From NCBI GenBank assembly GCA_910584905.1, contig CAJUCQ010000024.1, positions 4,964-68,963 of the forward strand: a DNA stretch of 64,000 bases, given 5' to 3'. Position 1 is the first letter of the stretch; each line of letters starts with the position of its first letter. Shown in pieces: positions 9,000 to 17,327 of the stretch. Under the pieces are notes generated by a model. That model did not search any database. It was not told where the DNA came from and saw only the letters and a program-made list of their open reading frames with translations. Source of the stretch: an uncultured Muribaculaceae bacterium (GTDB taxonomy: Bacteria; Bacteroidota; Bacteroidia; Bacteroidales; Muribaculaceae). The translations under genes and the position numbers were made by a program.

Positions 9000-10627
9000 G
9001 CAATCGGATTCCCCGGCGCGGCGGTTTGTCCTTTGCCGTGTGCATGCTGACGGCCCTCGCTTTCGCAGTGATGTTCATCGCCATGCCGCATTGTATCGAC
9101 GACTACTGGTATATGCAGTATATCACTCTGCATAAACTTCACGGCGGCGAAGGCTTTCCGTGGGCAGGCATGGTCGACACTATCCGCTGGCACTATAATT
9201 ACGACAATTTCCGTTTCGGCAACTGCCTTTTCACCGTGATGATAGGTTTGCCGCACGCGCTTGTCGCCGGCATGACGTCGGTAATCGTGCTTGTCAATCT
9301 GGTGCTTATGAGCGGTCTGGCGCGTTGTCGGCGCAGCGTCGCCGGCACGGTGTGGCTGTGTTTTCTTTTCACGGTGCTGTTGCCGTGGCGCGAGTTTATG
9401 GTGTCGCTGTGCTATCAGTTCAACTACATTTGGCCCGCAATGCTCGCCTTGTTTGCCCTCAGGCTCTTTTTCAGCGCCAAAGACTGTTCGCCGGGTGCGA
9501 TGCTTCTTCTCGGCTTCTTCACCGGCTGGTGGCACGAAGGAGTCAGTGTGCCTTTGGCGCTTATGCTTGGTCTGAGCCTGCTGTGGCGCCCCGGGCGCTA
9601 TTTCACCCCCGGACGCGTAGTCCTTCTTGCCGGTGTGCTCGGCGGCATCGCGCTACTCATGTCGGCGCCTCCGTTCTTCGACAGGGTCAACCGCGAGGAA
9701 TCTCTCTTCGACGTGGCCTTGTGGGTGCGATGTCTGCGCCTTGAGCCTCTCACGCTGTGCTTCTGGATTGTCTATGCCGCCATGTTCGCGCGCCGTCGCA
9801 GCCGCAAGGCGGCAATGTCGACTTTTCTTGTTGCGTCCTTTGCGGCCACGGTCATAGCCCTCGGGTTACACCTGTCGACGCATTCCGGCTCGCGCGCCGG
9901 ATGGTTCGGGCAGATTATTTCGATTATATGTATTGTGCGTTGTCTGCCGCTTGTATGTGTTTGTCGGGGGCGCGTGGCGGTGGTTGCCGCCCGTTGCGCC
10001 ACTTCCGCGGTCGGGCTTTTCCTTGCGGCGCATCTCGTTGCGGCCGATGTCATGACCTTCAGGGTGCGCGCCGAAATCGAGGCCGGGCTTGAGGCTTGGA
10101 AGCGCTCGCCTGACGGCGTGTTTTTTGTCGACTACACTGACGAGACCGAGGCCCCGGCCCTTGCGCTTGAAAAGCCAACCTACCGCTTCTTCACCGACGC
10201 ATGGTGTCTCCGGCGCTACCCGTATTTTTGGGGCGACAGCCGTCCTTTCCGGCCTGTTCCTGCCGAACTTGCCGAAGCGACGTCTGAGGCCGGGACGCCT
10301 GTCCCGGGCCACAAGGGACTGCGCAAGCTGAAATCCACATATTTCATCTCGGCCGAAGACTTCGAATGCTCCCGACCCAAAGACGGAGTCCGCGGCGCCA
10401 TCTCCTTCGGGCGGCTCGGCTCGCCGAGGCTGAGGGCCATACTGGCTTGGCGCTTCACCTCTCCGGCCGACGGGCGCGACTATTACTATCTTGTCATCGA
10501 CGAACCCGTGCCCTTCGCATGGTTCGGAGGCATCAGGGCTATCGACTGGGAGGAATATCCCTCGGCCCGTCCTCGCCCGCGGACACGCATCGAGCGCTGG
10601 TGGGAGCGGACGCTCCCGGCCGAGTAG
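8993..10627 (+). CDS. Polytopic membrane protein, DUF6056-like, paralog 2
   Basis: Overlaps the paralog 1 stop by 7 bp. Same motifs (HCIDDYWY, RWHYNYDNFR, YQFNYIW, GWWHEGVSVP) and the same C-terminal soluble domain. Confidence 0.65.
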   Translation: MVSNRIPRRGGLSFAVCMLTALAFAVMFIAMPHCIDDYWYMQYITLHKLHGGEGFPWAGMVDTIRWHYNYDNFRFGNCLFTVMIGLPHALVAGMTSVIVLVNLVLMSGLARCRRSVAGTVWLCFLFTVLLPWREFMVSLCYQFNYIWPAMLALFALRLFFSAKDCSPGAMLLLGFFTGWWHEGVSVPLALMLGLSLLWRPGRYFTPGRVVLLAGVLGGIALLMSAPPFFDRVNREESLFDVALWVRCLRLEPLTLCFWIVYAAMFARRRSRKAAMSTFLVASFAATVIALGLHLSTHSGSRAGWFGQIISIICIVRCLPLVCVCRGRVAVVAARCATSAVGLFLAAHLVAADVMTFRVRAEIEAGLEAWKRSPDGVFFVDYTDETEAPALALEKPTYRFFTDAWCLRRYPYFWGDSRPFRPVPAELAEATSEAGTPVPGHKGLRKLKSTYFISAEDFECSRPKDGVRGAISFGRLGSPRLRAILAWRFTSPADGRDYYYLVIDEPVPFAWFGGIRAIDWEEYPSARPRPRTRIERWWERTLPAE

Positions 10628-10658
10628 ACGCCGCCGAGGTGCCGAAGAAGTCCTGAGT

Positions 10659-10699
10659 CGACGAAAAGAGGCGCGGAATTTCCGCGCCTCTTTTCGTCG
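10659..10699. terminator. Bidirectional intrinsic terminator
   Basis: Perfect 20-bp inverted repeat CGACGAAAAGAGGCGCGGAA / TTCCGCGCCTCTTTTCGTCG between convergent genes. Confidence 0.85.
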
Positions 10700-10724
10700 G
10701 TCTGCTGCTGTCTGAGCGGAAGGC

Positions 10725-13400
10725 TCAGCGGCCTGAATATTTCACCTTCTCGGCGATGCGGGAATTGAATTCCTTGGCGTCGAGGAGCTCTTCGAGAGTC
10801 ATGTGCATGCGGTAGCGCCAGTAGTGGCGGGGATTTGCGGGCACGTTGATTTGCTCGTCGGCGGGGTTCTCGCGGCGGAGTTTGCCGTCCATGCTCATCC
10901 AGTCCTGAAGCGGGAGGATGCAAAGCATCGAGGGCGACTGCAGATGGAGGTCGAGAATCTGCTCGCAGATCCAAGGCTCGGCGTAGTAGGGCGCAGCTCC
11001 GTGCTGATGGAGCACGTTGTTGTAGTAGTCCTGAGTCTTGTCGCGGTTTTCTTCCCACCAAGCGCGGATGCCTCCCATGTCGTGGGTCGAGGTCGTGCAC
11101 ACGCTGTAGTAGGGGTAGTTCCACGTGTTGCCGAAAGGCGTCGTCGGGTCTTTGGGCATACGCTGGATTTCGAGCGACAGGATTTCGAGCTGCTGCATCA
11201 CCGCGGGCACGCAAGCCGGAATCATGCCGAGGTCTTCGGCGCAGCAAAGCATGTCGGTGGCGTCGATCAGCGGCGGAAGCTTCCACATGGCCTTGCCGTA
11301 CCAGAAGTCGTTGTGGCGGCGATAGTAGAAGTCGTTGTAGAGGCGGTCGAAGCACCAGCGCTCGTAGTCCGTAAGCGAGCGGTAGGTGTAGGTGAACTGG
11401 GCGGAAATGCGCGGGTGGTATTTGCCCTTTTCAACGGGGTCTTCGATGAACAGCACTTGGTCGACGAGGCCGAGGAGGCCGTCGCAGAGGCGCTTGTTCT
11501 TTTCGTCGGCGCTTTGGCCGGCGAAGTAGTCGGCAATCTTGCGCTGGGTGTTGAATTCCTCTTTGAGACGGTGGCGTCCGTTGCCCTCGGAGTTCATGAA
11601 GCGCTCTACGGCTTCAGACGTGTAAGGCCCGAAGAAGTCGCCGAGGAAATAGTCCATGATATAGGGCGTCGTCTGCTTGTCGACGTCAATCCAGAAGTCG
11701 TAGTTGTAGCGCAGTTCGTCGGGCGTGTAGGGGAGTGCGGGATTGAACACGCCGAGGAGGCCGTGCAGGGCGTCCATGGGAATCTGCCATATGCGGAAGA
11801 AGCCGAGTACGTGGTCGATGCGGTAGGCGTCGAAGTATTCGCTCATCTTTTGGAAACGCTCCTTCCACCAGCGGAAGCCGTCTTTGTTCATTTCTTCCCA
11901 GTTGTAGGTCGGGAAGCCCCAGTTCTGACCGAGAACGGAGAAGTCGTCCGGGGGAGCGCCGGCCTGACAGTCGAGATTGAAGAGGCGCGGGTTGACCCAA
12001 GCGTCGACGCTTGTGCGGGAGATGCCGATGGGGATGTCGCCCTTGATGGCCACGGAGCGCGAGTTGGCGTAGTTTTTCACGTGGTGCATCTGGCGGTCGA
12101 GGTGATACTGCACGTAGTAGACGAAGTTGATTTCGTCGGGGTTCTCCTTGACGAAGCGTTCCATCTTCTCGGTCGAGAATTCGGCGTATTCACCCCAGCG
12201 GCTCATGTCGGCGGTGCCGTTGAGGTCGCGCAGGGCGCAGAACATGGCGTAGGGAGTGAGCCAGTCGGCGTTCTTTTTCAGGAACGAGCGGAAAGCCGGG
12301 CTCTTCATGGTCTTGGCGCCTTCCTGAGCGAAGATTTCGCGGCAGAATTGCGCTTTCGTATGCGTGGCGCGCTCGTAGTCGACGGTCGGGAGCTCGTTGA
12401 GTTCGCGGGCCTGAGCGTCGAACCATGCCTGACGTTCGGCGTCGGCGAGAGTGCCGAGTTCGCTCAGACGCAGATACATGGGATGGAGCGCGAAGGTCGA
12501 GTTGGCGTTGTAGGGGTAGGAGTCGGTCCATGTTCCCGTCATGGTGGTGTCATTGATGGGAAGAATCTGGATGAAGGTCTGCCCGGTCTTGACGGCCCAG
12601 TCGACCATCTTTTTCAGGTCGTAGAAATCGCCCACGCCGAAGTCTTCATTGCTTCGGAGCGAGAACACGGGGATGGCCGTGCCGGCGCCTTTCCACGGCA
12701 TGAGCGTGGAGATAAAGCGCATGCCGCTGAGCGTAAGGGCGCTGTCGGGTCCGGGCGCATGGCCGAGCATGCGGTTGGCGCCGCCTTCCCACGCCACGAC
12801 GTCGCCCGTGGCGGCCTTGACGATAAGGAATTTGTATTCGGTGGCTGCCGTGAGGCCGCGGCCTTCGAGGGTGCAGGTCCATTCGGGGAAATTGGCGTCG
12901 CTGAGGCGCACGGCCTTTTCGGCGTGCCAGTCGCCGAGGGTGGCGCCTTCGCCGCTTACGGCGAGAACGCAGTCTTTGGGCACCATCGGGGCGCATACGC
13001 GAAGAGTCAGGTCGCCGCGGCGCGGGGCGATGTCGTCTTGGCGTTTGGCGCGCAGACGGATGCAGTCGGTGAAGGCCGACGAATAGTAGGGCTTGTCCCA
13101 AGGCATATCCTGCCAGCGGTCGTGGATGCGGTAGTGGGGGATTTCCGAGCCGGCACGGAAGCGGTGGGCGGGGCCCCACTCGTTTTTGACGCTGCCGTTC
13201 TCATGCCGCACAAAATAGCGGTATTCAAAGTCGGGGGTGTCTGCGGGGACGTCGACGCTGAGAGTCCATTTCGAATCGTTGTGGAGTTCAAGTTTCGGGG
13301 CTTTGGCAGGGTCGCCGCCGCCGAGAGCCGCGACAGGACCGGTGATATACACCGATTCACCCCAGTTCGTGCGATAATCTATATGGAAAGAAAGCTTCAT
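10725..13400 (-). CDS. malQ: 4-alpha-glucanotransferase (GH77, DPE2-type with two N-terminal CBM20-like domains)
   Basis: N-terminal YRTNWGESVYITG and a second CBM-like domain. GH77 motifs KGDIPIGISR, AGAPPDDFS, YRIDHVLGFFRIW, AEDLGMIP and STHDM. Confidence 0.95.
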   Translation of the reverse strand: MKLSFHIDYRTNWGESVYITGPVAALGGGDPAKAPKLELHNDSKWTLSVDVPADTPDFEYRYFVRHENGSVKNEWGPAHRFRAGSEIPHYRIHDRWQDMPWDKPYYSSAFTDCIRLRAKRQDDIAPRRGDLTLRVCAPMVPKDCVLAVSGEGATLGDWHAEKAVRLSDANFPEWTCTLEGRGLTAATEYKFLIVKAATGDVVAWEGGANRMLGHAPGPDSALTLSGMRFISTLMPWKGAGTAIPVFSLRSNEDFGVGDFYDLKKMVDWAVKTGQTFIQILPINDTTMTGTWTDSYPYNANSTFALHPMYLRLSELGTLADAERQAWFDAQARELNELPTVDYERATHTKAQFCREIFAQEGAKTMKSPAFRSFLKKNADWLTPYAMFCALRDLNGTADMSRWGEYAEFSTEKMERFVKENPDEINFVYYVQYHLDRQMHHVKNYANSRSVAIKGDIPIGISRTSVDAWVNPRLFNLDCQAGAPPDDFSVLGQNWGFPTYNWEEMNKDGFRWWKERFQKMSEYFDAYRIDHVLGFFRIWQIPMDALHGLLGVFNPALPYTPDELRYNYDFWIDVDKQTTPYIMDYFLGDFFGPYTSEAVERFMNSEGNGRHRLKEEFNTQRKIADYFAGQSADEKNKRLCDGLLGLVDQVLFIEDPVEKGKYHPRISAQFTYTYRSLTDYERWCFDRLYNDFYYRRHNDFWYGKAMWKLPPLIDATDMLCCAEDLGMIPACVPAVMQQLEILSLEIQRMPKDPTTPFGNTWNYPYYSVCTTSTHDMGGIRAWWEENRDKTQDYYNNVLHQHGAAPYYAEPWICEQILDLHLQSPSMLCILPLQDWMSMDGKLRRENPADEQINVPANPRHYWRYRMHMTLEELLDAKEFNSRIAEKVKYSGR

Positions 13401-13496
13401 AAGGGAGTTGAAACTGGTATTAGGGGGTAGTTTTTTGAATTTGAGGTAAAGTTAATGCAAATTCACGGGAAATATACCGAATTAAGGGTTTTTAAC

Positions 13497-13528
13497 AAAA
13501 AAGTTCCGACCCGTCGGGCCGGAACTTT
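13497..13528 (-). terminator. Intrinsic terminator after GH13 gene
   Basis: Stem AAAGTTCCG / CGGAACTTT followed by a U-run on the minus strand. Confidence 0.7.
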
Positions 13529-13558
13529 CATTTTCGAGCATTGAAGCTTTCGAGTCGT

Positions 13559-16360
13559 TTATTTGACCATTACTTTCGTGGTCGAGCCGTCGACGCGGAC
13601 GATATAAAGGCCGGGGGTGAGATTTTCGAGGCTCCGGGCGCGGCGTCCGTCGAGGCTGTAGACCTCAGCCGAGGTGTATTCGCCGTCGATGTTGATGCAG
13701 CCGATGCCTCCGCGGACACTTACGGCCGGGGTGGCGTTGTCGCCTGCGATGATGTTGTCGATGGCGGTGACGTTCTTCGTGGCGAAGACAGCGAAGCTGT
13801 GGGCCGGAACGGACACGCTCACGCTCGTGCCCGAGCCTTTGAGCACGGGGTCAAAGCCCGGCGATGCGCATACAAGCTCAGCGTTCGAGGCGTTGAGGAG
13901 GGTCGAGGTCGTGCCTACGGTCTTGTTGGCGCCGCCGGTGTTGGGGTTGATGAAGCAGATTACCTCCTTGTCGCCGGCGGTGAGGCGCATGATGCGGTTG
14001 GAAGTCATGGCGCCGCCGAGGCCTACGGTGGTGAACGTGGCCGTCTCTTTGAAGAGCTCGGGGTTGTTCATGCGCAGGCAGATGAGCTTGCCGTAAATCT
14101 GTTTGAGCGTGCGGGGATTCTCTTGGTCGAGCCAGTCCCAGATTACGATTTTTGGGTCGGTGTTGTTGCCGCCGTCTTCGTTCTTGGTGGTCTGGTCAGC
14201 GCCGAGTTCGCCGAACTGCCATACCATCTTCGGGCCGGGGGTGAGCAGCATCTGAGCGGCCAGCGAGCCGAGGCGCTTGTAGCTGTTGTCGCGGTCGCCT
14301 TTTACGGACGAAGCGCCCCACGTGTTGTTTTTATAGGCCATGCGTTCTTCGTCGTGGCTTTCGGCGTAGCTTACGGTCGACCCCCACGGGCGGTTGTCCT
14401 GCTTGGTCGAGAGGAAAGCCGAGATTTTGGCGCCGCCGTTGTTTTCGGCATAGCCCATTGTGAACTGGCAGGAGTTGTTGTTGATGTTGGCCCACTGGAG
14501 CTCGCCGTCGTTGCCCATCTCGATTTCTTCTTGGGCGCCGGCGAGGTTTTCGTTGATGTGGATGCCGTTGGGCTTGACGCTCTTGATTACTTCGTGCAGG
14601 CGTTTCATGCGGGCCACGCGCGATGCGTTGTACACCTCCGTGCCTCCCGAGTATGAGTTGTTGTCGCCGAGGCCTTTTACGAGGTCGAAGCGGAAGCCGT
14701 CGACGTTATAGTTCTTGAGCCAGTGCACGAGGCAGTCGGTCCATTGTTGCTGGACGAGGGCGTGGCCCTGATTCCAGTCGTTGAGCACGCTGTAGGCGTG
14801 GGGAGCGGTCTTGTTGTAGAAGGGGTTGGAGTTGATGTCGTAGAGCTGATACCAAGGGTGGAGGCCGTCGCTCTGGTTGAATACGATGTCAAGAATCACG
14901 GCAATGCCCTGCTTGTGGCATTCTTCGATGAAGTCGCGGTAGTCCGTGGGCGAGCCGTAGGCCTTGTCGGGAGCGAAGTAGAAGTTGGTGTTGTAGCCCC
15001 ACGAGTTGTTGCCGTTGAATTCCATGATGGGCATCAGCTCGACGGCGTTGAATCCCATGCTCTTGATGTAGGGAATCTTGGCGATGGCGGCGCGGACGGT
15101 GCCGTTGGCGTTGGCCTCGCCGACAGTGCCGGTGAAGTCGCGGAAAAGCATCTCGTAGATGACGAGGCTTTTGTGGTCGGGGATGGTGAAGTTGCTGAAC
15201 TTATAGGTGGAGTTCAGGTCGCCGCGGTACACGGCCAGCATCACGTCGTTGAAGCGCTCGTAGGGATACTGGGGCATGTCGGGCCATACGTCGGGGTTGA
15301 GCCATTTGTCGCTGTAGCAGTCGAGCACGAGTTCGGCGTAGGGGTCGGCAACCTTGTATTTGGAGTCGACGATGTAGTAGTAGGGATACCATTCGTTGTC
15401 CTTGAGGCCCGTGACGGTGGTCCAGAAGTAGCGCTGGCCGTTATAGTCCTGATACTTCATGATGTTCTTGTCGAGGACGTCGTAGTTGTCCCACGAGGGC
15501 ACGAGTATCACCGAGCTTTTGCCCGGGGCCGCGAGGCAGAAGGTGACGCTGCCGTCGGCGTTCTTCACGGCGCCCATCTTGGGCGTGCCGCCGGGATAGG
15601 TGCCTGCGGAGGAGGCGCCGGGATAGGCCACGTTGACGCTTTCAGTGTAGGTCTTGCCTCCGTAGACGGCCGATGCCGTTACCTCGTATGAGCCTTTGTC
15701 CTTGAAGTTGTAGGGGGCTGTGAGGGTGGTGGCGTTCGTCTTCGAGGCGAAGGGCGTGCCGTTGACGCTGAGGGTGAGGTCGGCCGGGGATGTGGCGTTG
15801 ACGGTGAAGTTGATGGTGGCGGGTTTGTCGAGGAGGGTCGACGTTGCATCATTCGAGAACGTGATGCCGAAGCCGGCCGGGAGCACGTCGACGAGGATGT
15901 CGCCGTTGGTGTTGGTCTTTCCTTCTTTCGACCCGTCGGAGTTGCGGAACACCATTGCTATTTTCGTGATGTGCTCCGAGGGATTGGTGACGTTGAAGAA
16001 CGTGCGCAGGTTGCCGAGGTCGAGCGTATAGGTGTTGGCCGCGATGTAGGTGAGTGTGTTTTTGGGCGTGTTCACGGCCTGAGCGTTCGAGCCGTCGCTT
16101 TTGGGCCATTCGGTGATGGTGTATTTCCAGTCGCTGTTGTCGCGGCTGAGATTGGTGATTACGCCGATGTGGGCATAAACGGGGATGCCGGCGGAGAGGC
16201 CCTTGAGTCCTCCGTTGCCGAGGGGCGAGTCGGCGTGGTAGGTGATGACCACGTTGGGGCTGTCTTCCTGAACGATTGCCGGATCGGTTGTCACGAGCTG
16301 TGCCGTGGCGCCGGAGCACATGAGCGCCGCAGCCGCCAAGGTGGCAGAGATTCTTTTCAT
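13559..16360 (-). CDS. Secreted GH13 alpha-amylase-family glycoside hydrolase with T9SS type-A C-terminal domain
   Basis: Signal peptide ending ATA|Q. GH13 motifs VELMPIMEF, SWGYN, DIVFNQ, DGFRFDLVKG, HINEN and ESHDEE. CTD-like tail VYSLDGRR...PGLYIVRVDGSTTKVMVK. Confidence 0.88.
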   Translation of the reverse strand: MKRISATLAAAALMCSGATAQLVTTDPAIVQEDSPNVVITYHADSPLGNGGLKGLSAGIPVYAHIGVITNLSRDNSDWKYTITEWPKSDGSNAQAVNTPKNTLTYIAANTYTLDLGNLRTFFNVTNPSEHITKIAMVFRNSDGSKEGKTNTNGDILVDVLPAGFGITFSNDATSTLLDKPATINFTVNATSPADLTLSVNGTPFASKTNATTLTAPYNFKDKGSYEVTASAVYGGKTYTESVNVAYPGASSAGTYPGGTPKMGAVKNADGSVTFCLAAPGKSSVILVPSWDNYDVLDKNIMKYQDYNGQRYFWTTVTGLKDNEWYPYYYIVDSKYKVADPYAELVLDCYSDKWLNPDVWPDMPQYPYERFNDVMLAVYRGDLNSTYKFSNFTIPDHKSLVIYEMLFRDFTGTVGEANANGTVRAAIAKIPYIKSMGFNAVELMPIMEFNGNNSWGYNTNFYFAPDKAYGSPTDYRDFIEECHKQGIAVILDIVFNQSDGLHPWYQLYDINSNPFYNKTAPHAYSVLNDWNQGHALVQQQWTDCLVHWLKNYNVDGFRFDLVKGLGDNNSYSGGTEVYNASRVARMKRLHEVIKSVKPNGIHINENLAGAQEEIEMGNDGELQWANINNNSCQFTMGYAENNGGAKISAFLSTKQDNRPWGSTVSYAESHDEERMAYKNNTWGASSVKGDRDNSYKRLGSLAAQMLLTPGPKMVWQFGELGADQTTKNEDGGNNTDPKIVIWDWLDQENPRTLKQIYGKLICLRMNNPELFKETATFTTVGLGGAMTSNRIMRLTAGDKEVICFINPNTGGANKTVGTTSTLLNASNAELVCASPGFDPVLKGSGTSVSVSVPAHSFAVFATKNVTAIDNIIAGDNATPAVSVRGGIGCINIDGEYTSAEVYSLDGRRARSLENLTPGLYIVRVDGSTTKVMVK

Positions 16361-16418
16361 GAAAGAGTAGATTTAGTGTATAAAAATTATAATTTAGTAT
16401 AGCCTAAGTAAGTGAAGG

Positions 16419-16426
16419 CAAAGATA
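16419..16426 (-). promoter_or_regulatory. -7 promoter box for GH13 gene
   Basis: TATCTTTG on minus in an AT-rich region about 60 nt upstream of the ATG. Confidence 0.65.
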
Positions 16427-16487
16427 ATATTTTTTTCTAAAATAATCATGCGATTAAACACAAAATAACATCGTCCGTCTCCGCCGC

Positions 16488-16525
16488 AAAAAAATGCCCT
16501 CCCTCGGCATTGTACTGAGGGAGGG
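16488..16525 (-). terminator. Intrinsic terminator after small ORF
   Basis: CCCTCCCTC / GAGGGAGGG stem followed by T7 on the minus strand. Confidence 0.75.
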
Positions 16526-16565
16526 GTGAGAGCGCTTTCAGCGGTGTGCGGAGGGGTAGGGCGGC

Positions 16566-16724
16566 TTATTTTTTCCCTTCGCGGCGCTCTATGCTGCGGT
16601 GTACTTTATGGATTTCGTGGACCATGCAGAATGCTGCGGCTACGGTAGCGGCCTGAAAGACGATTTTGGCAATCTTGAAGCCGAGACGGACTCCGGAGGG
16701 GAGCTGGGTGATTTCGTGTGACAT
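16566..16724 (-). CDS. Small hypothetical protein, 52 aa (not in ORF track)
   Basis: Hand translation MSHEITQLPSGVRLGFKIAKIVFQAATVAAAFCMVHEIHKVHRSIERREGKK. A-rich leader (TTAAAACACACAAATT-ATG), C-ending codon bias and its own terminator. Confidence 0.7.
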   Translation of the reverse strand: MSHEITQLPSGVRLGFKIAKIVFQAATVAAAFCMVHEIHKVHRSIERREGKK

Positions 16725-16819
16725 AATTTGTGTGTTTTAATAGCTGATTATGTAAAAGGGTTAGTTCGGATGTATAACGCCCGCGCCGCCCGGAGTGTTC
16801 AATCGGCCGCCGGATAGCT

Positions 16820-17323
16820 TTAGCGCTTGAAAAATTTGAGTGTCCGGTTTCCGGCTTTCATTATGTAAGTACCGGCAGGGAGAAAATCCGTTGCTACCGA
16901 GCAGTTGCCTTCTTCAGGAATCTCGTCGTAATAGAGTCGGGAGCCGCGGACGTCGTGAATCGTCACACTCTCCCTTGGTTTGAAGCCCGAGAGAAATATG
17001 ACGCCGTTTCCGAGCCTGAGAGAAGCCGGTTCTTCAATGTCGGGAACCATGACCGTGGTTTTTTCGGTCAAGACTATTTTATGGATTCCCTCAGCAGGGG
17101 TCTGTATCACTTCCTTGTTGTCCTGTTTCACGACAATCTTGCCATTTTGGAAGGAAAAGCTTGCCTTCGAGGAAGCCGGGAGCTCTATTGTCGAACCGTC
17201 GCGGAAGCTTATGCAGATATATCCTGTGGCGTTTTCGGCGTTGGCCGATACCTGAAAGCAACACGCGCAAAGGAAGATGAGGACCGTTCGGACGGATTTT
17301 GCTATCGTGGAAATATTCGTCAT
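16820..17323 (-). CDS. Small T9SS type-A sorting-domain protein
   Basis: Signal peptide (ANA|E), a short beta-rich N-domain and the CTD pattern IHDVRG...LPAGTYIMKAGNRTLKFFKR. Confidence 0.75.
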   Translation of the reverse strand: MTNISTIAKSVRTVLIFLCACCFQVSANAENATGYICISFRDGSTIELPASSKASFSFQNGKIVVKQDNKEVIQTPAEGIHKIVLTEKTTVMVPDIEEPASLRLGNGVIFLSGFKPRESVTIHDVRGSRLYYDEIPEEGNCSVATDFLPAGTYIMKAGNRTLKFFKR

Positions 17324-17327
17324 GGTC

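Noticed and set aside
10803..13430. 875-aa plus-strand ORF antisense to malQ (likewise 18178-20430, 20830-22392, 1676-2935)
   Set aside because: Shadow ORFs. High-GC codon bias avoids TTA/CTA/TCA in the sense frame, so the antisense frame has no stops. The products are V/A/E/G-rich with no motifs.
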